A stretch of DNA of 64,000 nt from Felis catus (lineage: Eukaryota), in contig NC_058370.1 of NCBI RefSeq assembly GCF_018350175.1, positions 90,582,001-90,646,000 on the forward strand. The letters run 5' to 3'. The position numbers and the translations under genes were made by a program. Numbering within the stretch: position 1 is the stretch's first letter; every line of letters begins with the position of its first letter. Under the pieces are notes generated by a model. It saw nothing but the letters and a program-made list of their open reading frames with translations, was not told the DNA's origin and searched no databases. Shown here piece by piece: positions 1-13,300 of the stretch.

Positions 1-196
1 GGAGTGAGGCTCTAAGGAAAGCAAAGAAAGCTTTTTATGCATCCTGGGGGAACCCTCCATTCAGCCCAGGAGAGCTGCATGTCTTGCCCTTTCCCTAGAG
101 AGACAAAGATGCAAATGCTGTGTCCCCTCCCCTCCTGCTCTGTATACAGGACCCAGCAGAGGGAAAGGGAAGGACTGATCCTGCTTTTCTCCTTAG

Positions 197-1003
197 GACT
201 ATGTGGCTGACATGGTGACGGCAGATGACTCAGGCTTGCTGTGTGTCTGGCGGTCAGGGCCCGAATTCAAATTATTGACCCGAATTCCAGGATTTGGGTA
301 GGTGAGGTGGAAGGAGACTGATGCCTTCCTGAGGGGTCCAAGGAAATTAAAGTGGGTTATCACCCTTGCAGGGTCCCATGCCCTTCCGTGCAGCTGTGGC
401 ATGGGACGGTAGCAGCAGGCTACGGGGATGGGCAGGTGCGTCTGTATGAGGCCAGCACAGGAACTCTGCATGTCCAGATCAGCGCCCATGCCCGGGCCAT
501 CTGCGCCCTGGACCTGGCTCCCGAGGCGGGCAAGGTCAGTCTCCTTCTTCATCCCTCCATACCCTGTTCCTGGTGCTGGGGATGTTGAGAGAAAGTCCAC
601 AGACTTGTCTGCTGCTCAGTGTAGCCCTCTCCCTGGGTATCTGGACCAGGCACCCCAGTCCATCCTGGTCCCCTGTCGGCATGTGCCAATGCCCACTCAG
701 CCCACCACCTTTTCTATAGCTTCTCTCTGCAGCTGAAGACACCTTTGTACACATCTGGAAACTGAGCAGGAGCCCAGAGAGTGGCTACACTGAGGTGTGT
801 GTGGTGGCAGTAGTGGAGAGGGGGGCCCAAGCCTGAGGCAGCAGGCCCTGAGCAGCCCTCTTCTCCCCCAGGTGGAACACTGTCATGGTGAGTGTGTGCC
901 TGACACCCAGGTGTGTGGTGCCCGATTCTGTGACCCCTCGGGGAGCTCCTTTGCTGTGACTGGCTATGACCTCGCTGAGATCCTGAGATTCAGCAGCGTG
1001 TGA
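197..1003 (+). CDS. WDR54: WD repeat-containing protein 54, 3' part (last four coding exons)
   Basis: Exons 197-297, 372-534, 720-794, 872-1003, all GT-AG. Spliced peptide DYVADMVTADDSGLLCVWRSGPEF...GVPCPSVQLW...LLSAAEDTFVHIWKLSR...VEHCHGECVPDTQVCGARFCD...FSSV* matches the recalled WDR54 C-terminus. Upstream exons lie outside the window. Confidence 0.95.
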
Positions 1004-1037
1004 GAGAAGAGCAGTCCTCCTTTCTCCCTGTGGTGTT

Positions 1038-1043
1038 TATAAA
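1038..1043 (+). terminator. Probable WDR54 poly(A) signal (variant TATAAA)
   Basis: TATAAA 35 nt after the stop codon; no AATAAA before the RTKN 3' end. Confidence 0.5.
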
Positions 1044-1203
1044 GTACCCCTCCTCCCAGCCCTTGTCTGATTACTCAGTATCACAGTTATACTTCACAAC
1101 TCCTGGTCAACTAAGCTCCAGGGATGAGGGGATGGGGCAGGTCCAGACCAAGCAGCAAGGCAACCTGTCCTCAAGAACCAGGGGAAGGCTGCCGTTAAAT
1201 AAC

Positions 1204-1209
1204 TTTAAT
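1204..1209 (-). terminator. RTKN poly(A) signal ATTAAA
   Basis: tttaat on + strand, about 340 nt past the RTKN stop. Confidence 0.7.
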
Positions 1210-1550
1210 GGTTGATGTGAGAGTCACAAGGGAGGTGCACTCCCTCCCAAGGCTCTTCAGTGCCATCCTCAAAGCTGGTTAGTGCAGGGAGGTAGGGCAG
1301 GGTTGGTTCCAGTTTTCTCCCAGGAAGGGTTTCGGGGGTACCAGCCAGTCCCAGGAACGAGCCCCTCAACACCTTGGCAACCACAGCTTAAGAGGGGCTT
1401 CTGCTCCTCCTCCCCAGCCTACCCCAAGTCCAGCAGAGGAAGGTGAGGCCAAGCTGGCCAACCTTCTACTGACAGCGCCGCATCCAGAGCCTGACTGCAC
1501 ATGGGTCTTCTCTTCCTCTGGCCAGATCCTGTTGCCAGCACCTTTCTCTC

Positions 1551-4500
1551 TCACACTGGTGACTGGAGCCAAGTGCGGGACGGGCCTTTGCTGAAGAGGC
1601 CTCTGGACCGTGGGGATGGCTGCTGGGGGAGAGGGGCGACCGAGCGGGAAGCCCCAGGGGAGTGGTCTGGGGGGACAGCATCCAGGGAGAATGTTCGGGG
1701 TCGCCCCCAGGGCATGGGGTGGGTCCGAGCTGGGGCTGGGGCCACTGAGGCAGGTGAGCAGGGGGTAGGCAGGGCAGGCTGTTCTGTAAACATTGCTAGC
1801 CAGGGTGGGGGTGTCTCCAGCCTTGTGCCCTCCCGCTGGGCCAGGATGTCTGTCACCGCTGCGATGTCATCCAGCGGCTCAATAGCTGTGGCACCAGGAA
1901 GGGGTTGAGGGGAGGGGGCTAGTCAGAGCTTAGGCCCCAGGCCTACCCAGCCCTGACCATCACCTGTCACTGTAATAGGAGGAAAGCAAAGCCCGGATCT
2001 CAGCCGAGACTGTGTTATCCTGCAGGAGAAGCCCCTCACCTGGGCCCCCTGGAGCCACTGGCTCTGATACAACTATGGGATATGGGGAGCAGGGGGGATG
2101 GAGATGAGGGGGTAGGCAGAAGTGGGTGAAAAAATCAAGGAAAGAGGAGGAAAATGAAAGCAGTGCCAGGCAAGTGGAGGGTCAGAGGAGGAGACAGGAA
2201 TCCACATGCAGAAAGGGAAACAGAGAAGAAGAAATTAGGACAGAAGTCCATGAAATGAATCTGGCTCTTTGGGGGTTTGTTTGGAACTTTGGTGGAGGTG
2301 GCTCTAAGAAGAGCTGGAGAAGAGAAACAAATACAAGAAGACCGAGAGGGCCTTGGGTCCCCAGAGCTCTGCCTCAGTCTAGTGCTTTCTCTCTGTTGCC
2401 ATTATCTAGGCTCCCTTGAAGCCCCCAACCCCACTTCCCGTCAGGTTCCCTGAGTGCACTTTCACTCACCCATCTCATGGTACAAGGACCCCTGCTTGGC
2501 CAGTACTTGGGGTGGTTTCCGGGGAGCAGGGGTTTCAATTTTCATGATTTCATCACAGCACTGCTTCCATTGGCCTGGAAGGAGGGCAGTGACTGGGGTG
2601 GGAGGAGGAAGACTGAGAGGGCCAGGCCATCCTCTCCCCTGCCACGTTCCCTTCCACACTTTTTGGATATAGAGGCCTTGGGTAAAAACATCAAACCTTA
2701 ATCCCTCCCAAGGTTCAAACCAGCCTCCTCCTCTTACTCATGTCAAAGAAAAGCTGCCACAGAGCCTCCATCCAGCTGTGCAGGGCTCCTCGACTCTCTG
2801 TCTGAAGGGTGTGTGTCACCTCGTCCTCCCCATACCGGTTACTGATGCTCAGGGTGAAGGGCCGGCCCGCAGCGTGGTCCAGCTCCCCTGCCCGGACTCG
2901 AGTCTCCTGCAGGAGAAGGAAAGGGTCTGCTGCCACCTTCACGTTGGTCACAGAAGTCAGCAGTGACATCAGGCAGGTTTGGTCATCCCTGCCTTAGAAG
3001 GAGGAGCTTGTTGGGTCTCTCCTCAAGCCCTCTTATTTGCCTCCTATTGAGCAGAGCAGGAGGGAATGGCAGGAAAGGACTGGAGATGAGACAGATCGTC
3101 CTCGGTCAGGAACGTGGAGCAGACGGAGACAGGGAAGGAGGGATTGAGTGAGGCAAGGAAGGCACAGAGGCACGCAGGAATGCTGAGGCCTAATGTCCCT
3201 CAGTACTTTCATAAAAGTTGGCAGGAAAGCCAACAAAAGGGCTCGGAAACCAAGAGAAGTCATTGGACTTGGGTTTGGGAGAGAAATCCAGGAAAAGGTG
3301 AAGTAGGGGCAGCTTGGAATCTGAGGGAAAAGGCAGAAAGAGGATGAAAATCCTAAACTGGCCATGGGACCCTCTGAGACTAGGCAGGGGCTGAAGCTGG
3401 TGAGTAGAAGAGTTTTCCAGTGATGCTGGTGAGGGAGAACATTCCTGGCCCTGAAGCTAGGTATGGTGCTGTTAGGAGCAACAGGTGAATTTCCATCTCT
3501 CTGCACCCACCCTCCTGGGACCTGAAGGAGACACTCCTGGGCCCTGGCACCTGTAGCTTCACCAAGGGACCCATCACCTTGTTGATGGCGATAGTAAACA
3601 ATGGTTCTTCCCCAGTGTCTGCGTCTTCAGGTTGCCGGTAACAGAAGAGGTTTGTGCCTTTCAGGACTCCATGCACTCGTGCCCAGTCCTGCAGCTCCCC
3701 AGCTTGCTGCGTAAATGACTCAGGTTACCTGGGGGAATCACACCGCCTACACCCTTCTTCCCTTTCCCCCAGTGAGAATCTGCTCCTCTCTGCCCATGCT
3801 CTTGTCTGATACAACTCGCTTCTTGCCCTAACCCTCCTTCCTCTACCCAGATCTTGATTTTTCAGTGGTCCTTCGGTGCCTAGGTGATCCAGCTCTCCCT
3901 CTCCAGGTTCCCTTCTATACGTCAGGGCCCCCTCCTCACCTGCACCCTGAGGGTACCACTTGCGGTAGGCTGAGTCATGCAAAGAGGTTGAGCCACCAGG
4001 CGGCAACACACGCTACCATAAAGGGGAAGCCAGGCGGGGTTCTCCTCTGGGGGACAGGAAGTGCAGGGTAAGGATAGGGAATGAAAATGGACCATTCAAC
4101 AGCCCCTCTTCTCACTGTCCAGCATCCTCCCCACCCCACAGCACATACTCACCATGGCTGGTGAGGGTGAGGTCGTGTGTGCGGAACCCATCTTGCACTG
4201 CTGCCAGGGTGAGCGTGGTGTGAGCCAGGAGGTGGTAACGAGGACCCCTGCAGGACAGACAGAGAAGTGGGCTTCAGCCCCATGATCCGGCGTATTAAAT
4301 GGCAGGAGATCTGAGGGCTAAGCAGATCTGCCTCGTCCTTCAGGCGGCCCCACAGAAAACTAGCTTGCCTCCTCCACGGGGCTTAGAACATTTACTGAGC
4401 TCCTGCTGAGTGCTGGGTCCTGTGGTTTAATTATGTTATTCCACTGTATTCCCACAACAGCCTTGGAAGGTTGGTGGCATTGTTCTGTTAATAGATGAGA

Positions 4501-7274
4501 CAGCTTGAGGGTTAGAGAAGTTAAGAAATTTGCCCCAAATTTATAGCTGGTAGGTGGTGGAGTTGGAATTTGAACTCATGTGTGTCTCCCAAGTCAGCAT
4601 TCTGTTCACTGCCCTAGAGCTTTCAAACTGCTTTTCAGAGGCCCCGTGTTTCTGTTGGGTGCCTCTAGGCATCAGCAGGCAACCCCTCAGGACCCAGGCT
4701 ACTTTGCTCCAACCAGAGCACTCTGTTCTATCCATATAAGATGCATTTGCTGCTGCAAAAACTTGAAGACCCCAGAGCTTAGCTCTCCCTTCTTACTGGT
4801 CTTCTCAGTTAACATGGGCCTGCTCCGGGGTGTAGGCCAGAGTGCCTCCCAGCTGTGTGGCCGCTGCTACTTCATGTAGGTCTGCATGCTGTGGCAGCAG
4901 CACAAAATAGTTTCTGCATGCTCAACACAGCTCTGAGGTCACCCGTGGCCAGGACAGAGGCAACTGAGGGCAGTGGAAGAATGTAGAGCCTTACCCCACA
5001 GCTGGGGTGGGAAGCAAAATGGGACTGCTCCCCGAACCCCCAGCACTCTCCAGCGATGCCCGGACACGCCTCCCTGAGGAGCGGCCTAGGGAGCTGCTGA
5101 GTTTGGTGGCAAGCCTCTTGGGGGCTCCAGCCAGGGCCCCCTCCTCTTCCACGCAGGCCCCATACAGCTCCAGTCGCAGTTCAAAGTCTGGCCCTGCCTC
5201 GGTGCTATAGGAGTATGGGAGGAAGAGACGAGGATGCTCCTGGGGAAGTCCAGGGAGGCATGAGGGGGCGGGCAGGGGTGAAGGACAGATGTGGTGCAAG
5301 TACAGGACAACTCCCCAGGTGAGGCCCATCTCCCTTCCTCCCTCTCCTCTCCCCCTGCAGCTATGGCATCCAGGGATTGGAGCAGAGTGGAGAAAGGAGG
5401 GCGTCACAGGGACCAGGTGCTCACAAGAGCACGTTGCTCTGAAAGGAGATGTCTGTGAGGGTCCTGTCCACCAGGATCATCTCTGTGTCCTGAATGTGTT
5501 CCCCTAGCTGCAGCAGCAGGAACACAGCCCAGCGGTGCAGGTCTGGGGACAGAGGCCAAAACTGGTAAAGATGTGCCCACAAGAACACCCAACCTCAGGT
5601 CACTCCCTCCATTTGTCCCAGCATGTGTGCAACTCACCACCTTTGTTCTTGAAATATTCTGTGTCCTTCCACATGAGTGGAATCCGGAGGTCTGAGGGGC
5701 AGAGGGGCAGGAAGAGATGTTGAGACAGGGCAGGAGATCTTGTGGTTGGGCAAAGAGTGCCAGTGACTAGGGGAGTTGTGCTTCTTACCAGAGATGCAGA
5801 CCCGGCCACGGCAGGGGGAGCGCTCAGCAGGCGGCCCGCTGTCAGAAGGCCTGTGGGCAAATCACAACATCGCCACCTGCCTCTAGACACTGTGCCCACC
5901 CCCCACCCCCCGGTTCTGGTTCCCAAGGGTTCTTTGTTGCCTCCAGCCCAGGGCCCAACCCCAGGTCCCCCACCAGCCTGACCTAGCAGGACTGAGGGAC
6001 TGTAAGAGCTGTCAGTTGAACCCAGGGAGTCACTGGGCTTGGGGACACTGGAGGAATATCAGCTCACATGCAGTATAAGCTCCAGGCTCCTCCCCCTCCA
6101 AGCATCCTCTCTGACCACCTCCCCAGACCCCTGCCAGGGATGAGTGGGGCTTGAGGGAACAGGTGCCCGCAGAGACTCCTTTTCAAGAGTTCTTCTCCAT
6201 TAAACCCAACTTGGAGGAGTTTGCAGGCTTTCTTTTTAACAATGGGGGAGGCTGTTCTTCTCTACCATCTCATTCATCACTTCTTTGATATAGGAGGATA
6301 CTGGGTGGGTTGGAAAATCAAGAACTCAAGTAAAGAAATCTGTGTTCCATTTGCCATAAACCTCTCTTCCCTCCCCCTCAGCTTTGATTTCTCCTTTACC
6401 ATCTCCAGGTAGGCTGGGCCTTCCCAGTACCCCACTGCAGGGCCCCAGACACCTGGCCTTACTCCCCTCCCCACCCGTCAGCAGGACTCACCAAGCCATG
6501 TGTCTCTCCTAAAGTGACAGTGAGTTTATCCATACAAATTCATAGCTCCACTAATTATCAACTTAGTAAGGCCTTAAGCTAAATGATGTGGCACTGATGA
6601 CAGTGTGTTTAGCTGTCAGCAATTTGGGATGTACTTCAAATCACATTGCCTAGGTTTTATGGCCAGGGCAGAGCCTGTTGACGGCTGCCTTTCAGAAGAT
6701 AGCAAGCTCACATTGGAAACTGCCCCCCACCTCCCAGCCTGCTTGCCCTTTAGCTTTATGGGGAAGCCAGAGCTGGTTATCTGCCTTCCCCCAGGGGCTT
6801 CACGGGTGGAGGGCTCCTGGCAACCTCTCCTGTGTCAGCCTTCATGGCCAAGCTGGGATGGGCACCCTGCCAGTGGGCAGCTGGAGCCTTCTCCCTACTC
6901 AGCAGTGGGGACAAACAGGCTTATTTTGCCAGAGCCAGTTTTCCAAATGACCAGGCTACCAAAAGTGGCCTCATTTGCCAGGTATTTCCTCCAAACACTT
7001 TAGTTGTACCAGAGCATCACCTCAACCAATTCACCATGGATTTGTCAGATGAGCAACATCTAATGTCATGAAGCTGGTGTTTCACATCCAGAAGCCGACC
7101 CCTTTTAGAATACACAATCTAATTTAGGGGAGCAGATAGGCTTTCCCTTAAATGTTTTTTTATTATTTCCTTTCTCGAGCACTGCCTGTGATGGTGAACC
7201 TTAGGTACACTATTGTCAGTTTGTGGTAAATTGGCCATCTGGTGAACCCACTTTGAGAAAATTATCTTTCCAGA

Positions 7275-7309
<35 letters not shown>

Positions 7310-10300
7310 TTCATCGGATCACAGGCAGGGCTTAGCAAATTAGCCCTTTTACATTATAACCCCTCAGACTGACAGCCTTTCACCAGATACACTGGCTTTC
7401 CTGAGTCTAGCCCTAGCTACTCCTTAGTGCACCTTGGGCAGCACACTGTGGTGATAAAACACCAAGGCATCTCCCAGGCCTCTGACAAGGCTTCAAGGAG
7501 AAGTCATCTTCAGGGTGATCCACACTCCGTACATACACACAGTACACGACTACCCCCCATACGGCCTTGCCTCCCCCTTGCTCACCTCCGGCCTGTCTTG
7601 CCCAGCACCTGCGCCTCCTTACGCCGCTGCAGCTCACCCATGTAGCTGAGGATGCGACTGTTGCACACCAACAGGCTCTTGGTGGCCTCCAAAGCTTGCT
7701 CTCGCTGGGAGCAGGCCGCCAGCAGCTTGCAGGCCCCTTCCCTCATCCGGATCTCATGGTCTAGCTTTCTCTGCAACTCTGTGTCCTAGCCAGAGTTGGG
7801 GGAAAGGATGAGAAGGAAATGTCAGTTGGGGACAGGCTGAAGCACCCTCCAGTCCCCAAGTGGGCTGTGGCCCAGGAGAAACAGATAAGAAACTTATGTT
7901 TTAGGCAACTCAACCTCAGCTACCCTACCCAAGAATAACCAGAAAAGCTTTGTAAAAATACAGATGCACTCATGCATTTGATGGTAGGAGCATAAATTCC
8001 TTCAGCCTCTGTTGAGCACAATTTGGAAAAATCTATGAAAACTAGAAATTCACGTATCCTCTGATCAAGCTATTCAATATCTAGGAGTTTATCCTACAAA
8101 TACAATTATACCTATTGGCAAAGCCATATTCATTGCAACATTTAAAAAAAATTTTAAATGTTTTTATTTAGAGAGAGAGAGAGAGCATGAGCAGGGCAGG
8201 GGCAGAGAGAAAGGGAGACACAGAATCCGAAGCAGACTCCAGGCTCTGAGCCGTCAGTTCAGAGTCCGATGCAGGGCTCGAACTCACAAACCATGAGATC
8301 ATGACCTGAGCTGAAGTTGGGCGCTTAATTGACTGAGCCACCCAGACACCACTCATTATAACATTGTTTTAAAGCACCACGTTTAAAAGTCCTTCACTCA
8401 GGCATTGGTTAAATAAATCACAACATTTCTATATCATGGAATATGAAAGGCTGCAGACATTAAAGAGCGAGGTAAACATTTGTGCGTAGATAAGAAAAAA
8501 ATCTTCAAAATATATTAAGTGAGAAAAGAAAACAGTATTACACAATTNNNNNNNNNNNNNNNNNNNNNNNNNNNNNNNNNNNNNNNNNNNNNNNNNNNNN
8601 NNNNNNNNNNNNNNNNNNNNNNNNNNNNNNNNNNNNNNNNNNNNNNNNNNNNNNNNNNNNNNNNNNNNNNNNNNNNNNNNNNNNNNNNNNNNNNNNNNNN
8701 NNNNNNNNNNNNNNNNNNNNNNNNNNNNNNNNNNNNNNNNNNNNNNNNNNNNNNNNNNNNNNNNNNNNNNNNNGTGCCAGGAATGGAAAACAGATTTATG
8801 CTACCTTTAAAAATATATACAGCCTTCTTTACTACTGTACTTTCGGAAATTGTTACCTTTTTAAAAATTTTTAATCTTCTCATTTAAAAACAAACAAAAA
8901 ACACATTACCATGCTCTGCCTCAGATGTGCAGAACAAGAATCTCTAGGAGTGGAGTGTGTGAGTCTTTTTGAAAATTCCTCGAGTGATTCTGAGGTGTAG
9001 CCAGGGCTGAGAACCACCAACTAAAGAAAATGGACAAGATGGTAAAGACCATCCTGGATTACCCCAAAAACTCTAGTGATGAGTTGGGGGAGGGGGGCAT
9101 CTAGTTAGCAAGGGATCGGTGGAGAAGGAACATACCATGTATAGAGTTCACCCATGCTGCACAGAACCCTGTATGCACTCCAAATTAGGGGACCTGCCTA
9201 AGGAGATCTGAGCTTGGGGGGTTAAGGACAGAGGCAAGGATTGGGGATGGGAAGGCAAGCAAGGCAGGAGGTCAGGAGTGAGGGGCTAAACAGGCTGTGC
9301 ATAAGGATGGGGGTGGGTAGGCAATGAGAGAGGCACCAGGATTCTCAGGAACATTCACTCAGAAAGAGCCTTGGAGGTCTTGGCAGAGAGCAGAGGGTGA
9401 GAGCACCAGTCTGACATGAGACAAACCTGGGTCTGTGACATTCCTGCCAGTCTTGATAAGCTGAGAAAAAACTTATTTAAAATACACTAGACAGTTTACT
9501 CAAACTCCCTAAGACTTGGTTTCTTCATCTGTAAAATGAGGATGGAAATAGTCCCCACATCCCAGACTTGTGAAAATTCAGTAAGCCAGGAATGTAAAGC
9601 ACCTAGCACAATGCCCAGCACATAGTATACATGAATGGTGAGGATGCTTTTTTAAATTCTGCTATTTTGACAGCAGTAGCATTCATCCAACAAACCTGGA
9701 GCATCCCTGTGCTGTCCAAGGCCCACATTTAAAATCCAGCTGGGAGGTGACAGATGCAGACATTAATGGCTGCACCATAAGTGCCATGTCATGGTATAAA
9801 CACACTCACAGGACAGAGACCATGTCTGCTTCTGGCTGAAGTGACCAGAAGTGACCTCCTTCAGAAAGGAGGTAGAAAACTAACCCCATTACAGTATAAG
9901 ATTAGTTTAAGAGGAAACCAAGTGGAGACACCAGGCTGGAAGAGGGGGGTGAATGTGATCACCCAAAACCTGTCTTCTCCCTCACACCAATTATCACACT
10001 GGGCACTTTCTTCTGTCCCCGGTGGCTCCAGCCTCCACATCTCCAAGACCTGAACACCCTAAATTCCTGTTTTCGAAAGCCTTGTCCAGCCTCCCTGAAA
10101 ACATTCTTCCTTCACTATTTATTTCCTGGGCCACCAATGAGCTAGGCCTGACTCTCATGACCCCTCTCCCAGCATTGTTTCTCTTCCTGACACTTCAGAA
10201 ATAGGCCAACCAGCTCATAATGCCCCTCCACCAGGAAGCCCTCCCAGACTACACAGCTCCTGCCCCACCCCCACCCCCCAGCCCCTCTATGTCTGTCTGC

Positions 10301-13300
10301 ACCAGGGTCCCACCTCTGCTAAGCTTTCTTGCTTGCCAACCCCCATCCCATTCTGCATCCAGCTTCTGTCACAAACACCACAAATGGATGAGAGAAGGGA
10401 GGGCACAGAGAGGCGTCCTCAAGCCCCCTCCTGGCTAGTCTCTTTGTCCGGGCCCCAGCACTCACGGATCCTTCCCTAGCCCTGTCCATTGCGCTTGTGG
10501 CACTAACGCAGGCAACGCGCTGGTTCCGGGGACTCGCAAGCACGCTCCCGCCCGTGGCGCTTGGGGCGATGGTGACATCAGCTCCCAACTGCCGCGAGAG
10601 CAGTTGAGGGGCTCCTGGGCGCAGGCGGTCCCTCCCAGCTCCCGGCAGGGTTAGGCTCCGGGCTCTAGCTGCGCAGCCAGGAGACCCAGTCGTGCGCAAG
10701 GCTGCCTCCCAGAGCTCCCACGTCGCATTGGAAAGGGCTTTTTGGCCTTGGTGCCGCTAGAGCTGCAGGAGGCCAGAGGCCCCTCCTGCTTTGCGGTTGC
10801 CCTCCAAGGTGACCCCTTGCCCAAAAGCATGGGGGAGGAAGATAGTGTGTAAATTGGAATAACTGGGGCCATAGAAAAGTTTCTGGGCTCAGCCTAAATG
10901 AATGAGCCTGCTATCATCCCCCCCTACTCTGGCCCCAAACCCACTCTCCCACAGCTCCAGGGAGGAGAGGACTCTAGAAATCCTGCTTCCTCCCTTTGGG
11001 CAGAGCATCTCAGGAATCCTGGCACTGTTTCTAGATCCCTGTGTTTAGCCCCCATCTCCCCACCCCAAGGATAGCTTCTTGTCTCCCCCTCCCCACCCAC
11101 ACACCCCTTTCTCCCCAAGCAGGCATTTTCTCCAGACTCTCCTGGGAAAGAGCCCAGAATTGGATGTCAGCCGGACCTGGGTCAAGGCCCAAGGGGCTGA
11201 AGGAGGATGAGTCATGGGCAGAAGCCCAGCACACATTAAGCTCTCCGTGGACATCTTCCTGTCCCTCCCTCCCATTCTCTTCTGTCCCTGACTTACTGCT
11301 CTGCTTCTCATCACCTCTGTTCCCTTCAGAATCTCCACTGGGGCTAAATCCAAATCCTGGCTTGGGAATTTGACTAGCTGTGAGAACTTAGCCTCTGGCA
11401 ACTATAAACTGGGGAGTGTTCTATCTCCTTCATAGTATTGTTTGAGAATTAAGTGGGAAAGTCTAATTGTTTCCTTGGCCCAGCACATATTTAAAAACAG
11501 CCTTTCTCTCACTCCCACCTCCCCTTTACTTGCAGCTTAAGTTGCTTCCTCCAGAAAGTCTTCTTGGATTTATTCTTCCATGAGTACCTCTCTTAGCAAT
11601 CTCTGAAATATCAGTGGATCTCTCTCTTGAGTTGGGGGTAGGGGCTGGGGGGAGGAGACTGCTGAGTTTGGTGGAAAAAGAACACAGCACCCTCAGCCTG
11701 TAGCTGAAGGAGAGATGACCAAAGTGAAATCTAAGCCCCCTCCTCTGCCCCAGGACTTGAACAGACTTACCATGAAGAAAAATTACATGGGGGAAGGGAG
11801 CACAAGACAGTGGAGAGGGTGCAGAATTTAAACATTTAAATACCTAGACCAGCTCTGTTCAACAGTATCTCCTGTAATGATGGACATGTTTAGCAGCCAT
11901 CTTGAAATGTGGCTAGAGCAACCAAGGAAATAAATTGTTTATTTCATTTTAATTAACTAAATTATACATTTAAATAGCCACATGTAACTAGTAACATGGA
12001 CGGTGCAAAGGACTAGGTTTTATCCCATGTGCCAACACAGGACAATAGGTGGTATCAGAGTCCCAATGGGCTCACTGAGCATCTTTTTTTTTTTTAATGT
12101 TTATTTATTTTTGAGAGAGAGAGAGAGAGAGAGAGACAGAATGTGAGTGGAGGAGGGGCAGAGAGAGAGGGAGACACAGAATCTGAAGCAGGCTCCAGGC
12201 TCTGAGCTGTCAGCACAGAGCCTGATGCAGGGCTCAAACTCATGACCTGTGAGATCATGACCTGAGCCGGAGTCAGCCACCCAACTGACTGAGCCACCCA
12301 GGTACCCCGAGCATCTTTCTGCATATTAGAAGTAGGTGACCCTCTCCAGGCAAACAAGTTAGATAAAGGTGTCCCCTCTAAAGGTTTGTAGCCCCAAAGC
12401 AGGCCAGGACTCCTGCCTCTGCCTGGCACCCTTGTGAAGGAAACAACCTGCACAATTTGTGCCAAGGATGTGCTCTCTTTACAATCCCACCTCCGACCTT
12501 CCCCCACAGCAATCTCCTGCCTTGTCCAGGAGGTCACCTCTGTGGTTTCCTTCTCCTTCCCCATCTCAGTAAATGGCCACACCACTCAGCTGCTTGGCCA
12601 CACACCTGGAATGCTCTTTGCTGTGAGGCAAATCCATCAGTGTCCAGTCCTCATGTCCAATCCATCAACCAGCCCTGTCAGATCTACCACTGTCATTTGA
12701 AATCCAGCCCCTACTCTGTCTCCACCACGGGCACTTTCTTCCACACCACCACGTTCACTCCCCTAAGGCTGTAACAACTTGCTGTCCAGTGGTCTTCTGC
12801 TGCCACTCTTGCCAACTCTTTCTCTCACCCCCAACCCCTGCCTAGCCTATTGTCCACAGAAGTCATTATTTTAAAACATTAGACAAGTACTGTTCCTGGT
12901 TAAAAACCTTGCATGGGTAGGGGTGCCTGGGTGGCTCAGTCAGTTAAGCACTGACTCTGGCTCAGGTCATGATCTTGTGATTCAGGAGTTCAAGCCCCGC
13001 ATCAGGCTCTGCGCTGACAGCTCAGAGCCTGGAGCCTGCTGCGGATTCTGTGTCTCCCTCTCTCTCTGACCCTCCCCCACTTATGCTCTGTCTCTCTCTC
13101 TTAAATAAACATTAAAAATTAAACAAACCAACAAACCAACAAAACCTTGCATGGGCCAACAGCATACCTAGAGTAAAATCTACATGCCTTGTTAGGGCCT
13201 TCAAGGCCCTGCATAATCTGGACCCTGTTCATGACCTCAGCCCCAGGTATATAGCCACACTGGAACTGGAACACATCCTCATCTGAGAGCTTTGCCCCTG

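Larger units (their letters stand above)
7930..8900 (+). mobile_element. Old L1 (L1M-type) 3' fragment, interrupted by a SINE and an N-run
   Basis: AT-rich sequence with L1 3'-end-like phrases (gcaatttgg/ctaggagtttatcc/tattcattgca/ggttaaataaa); ends approximate. Confidence 0.5.
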
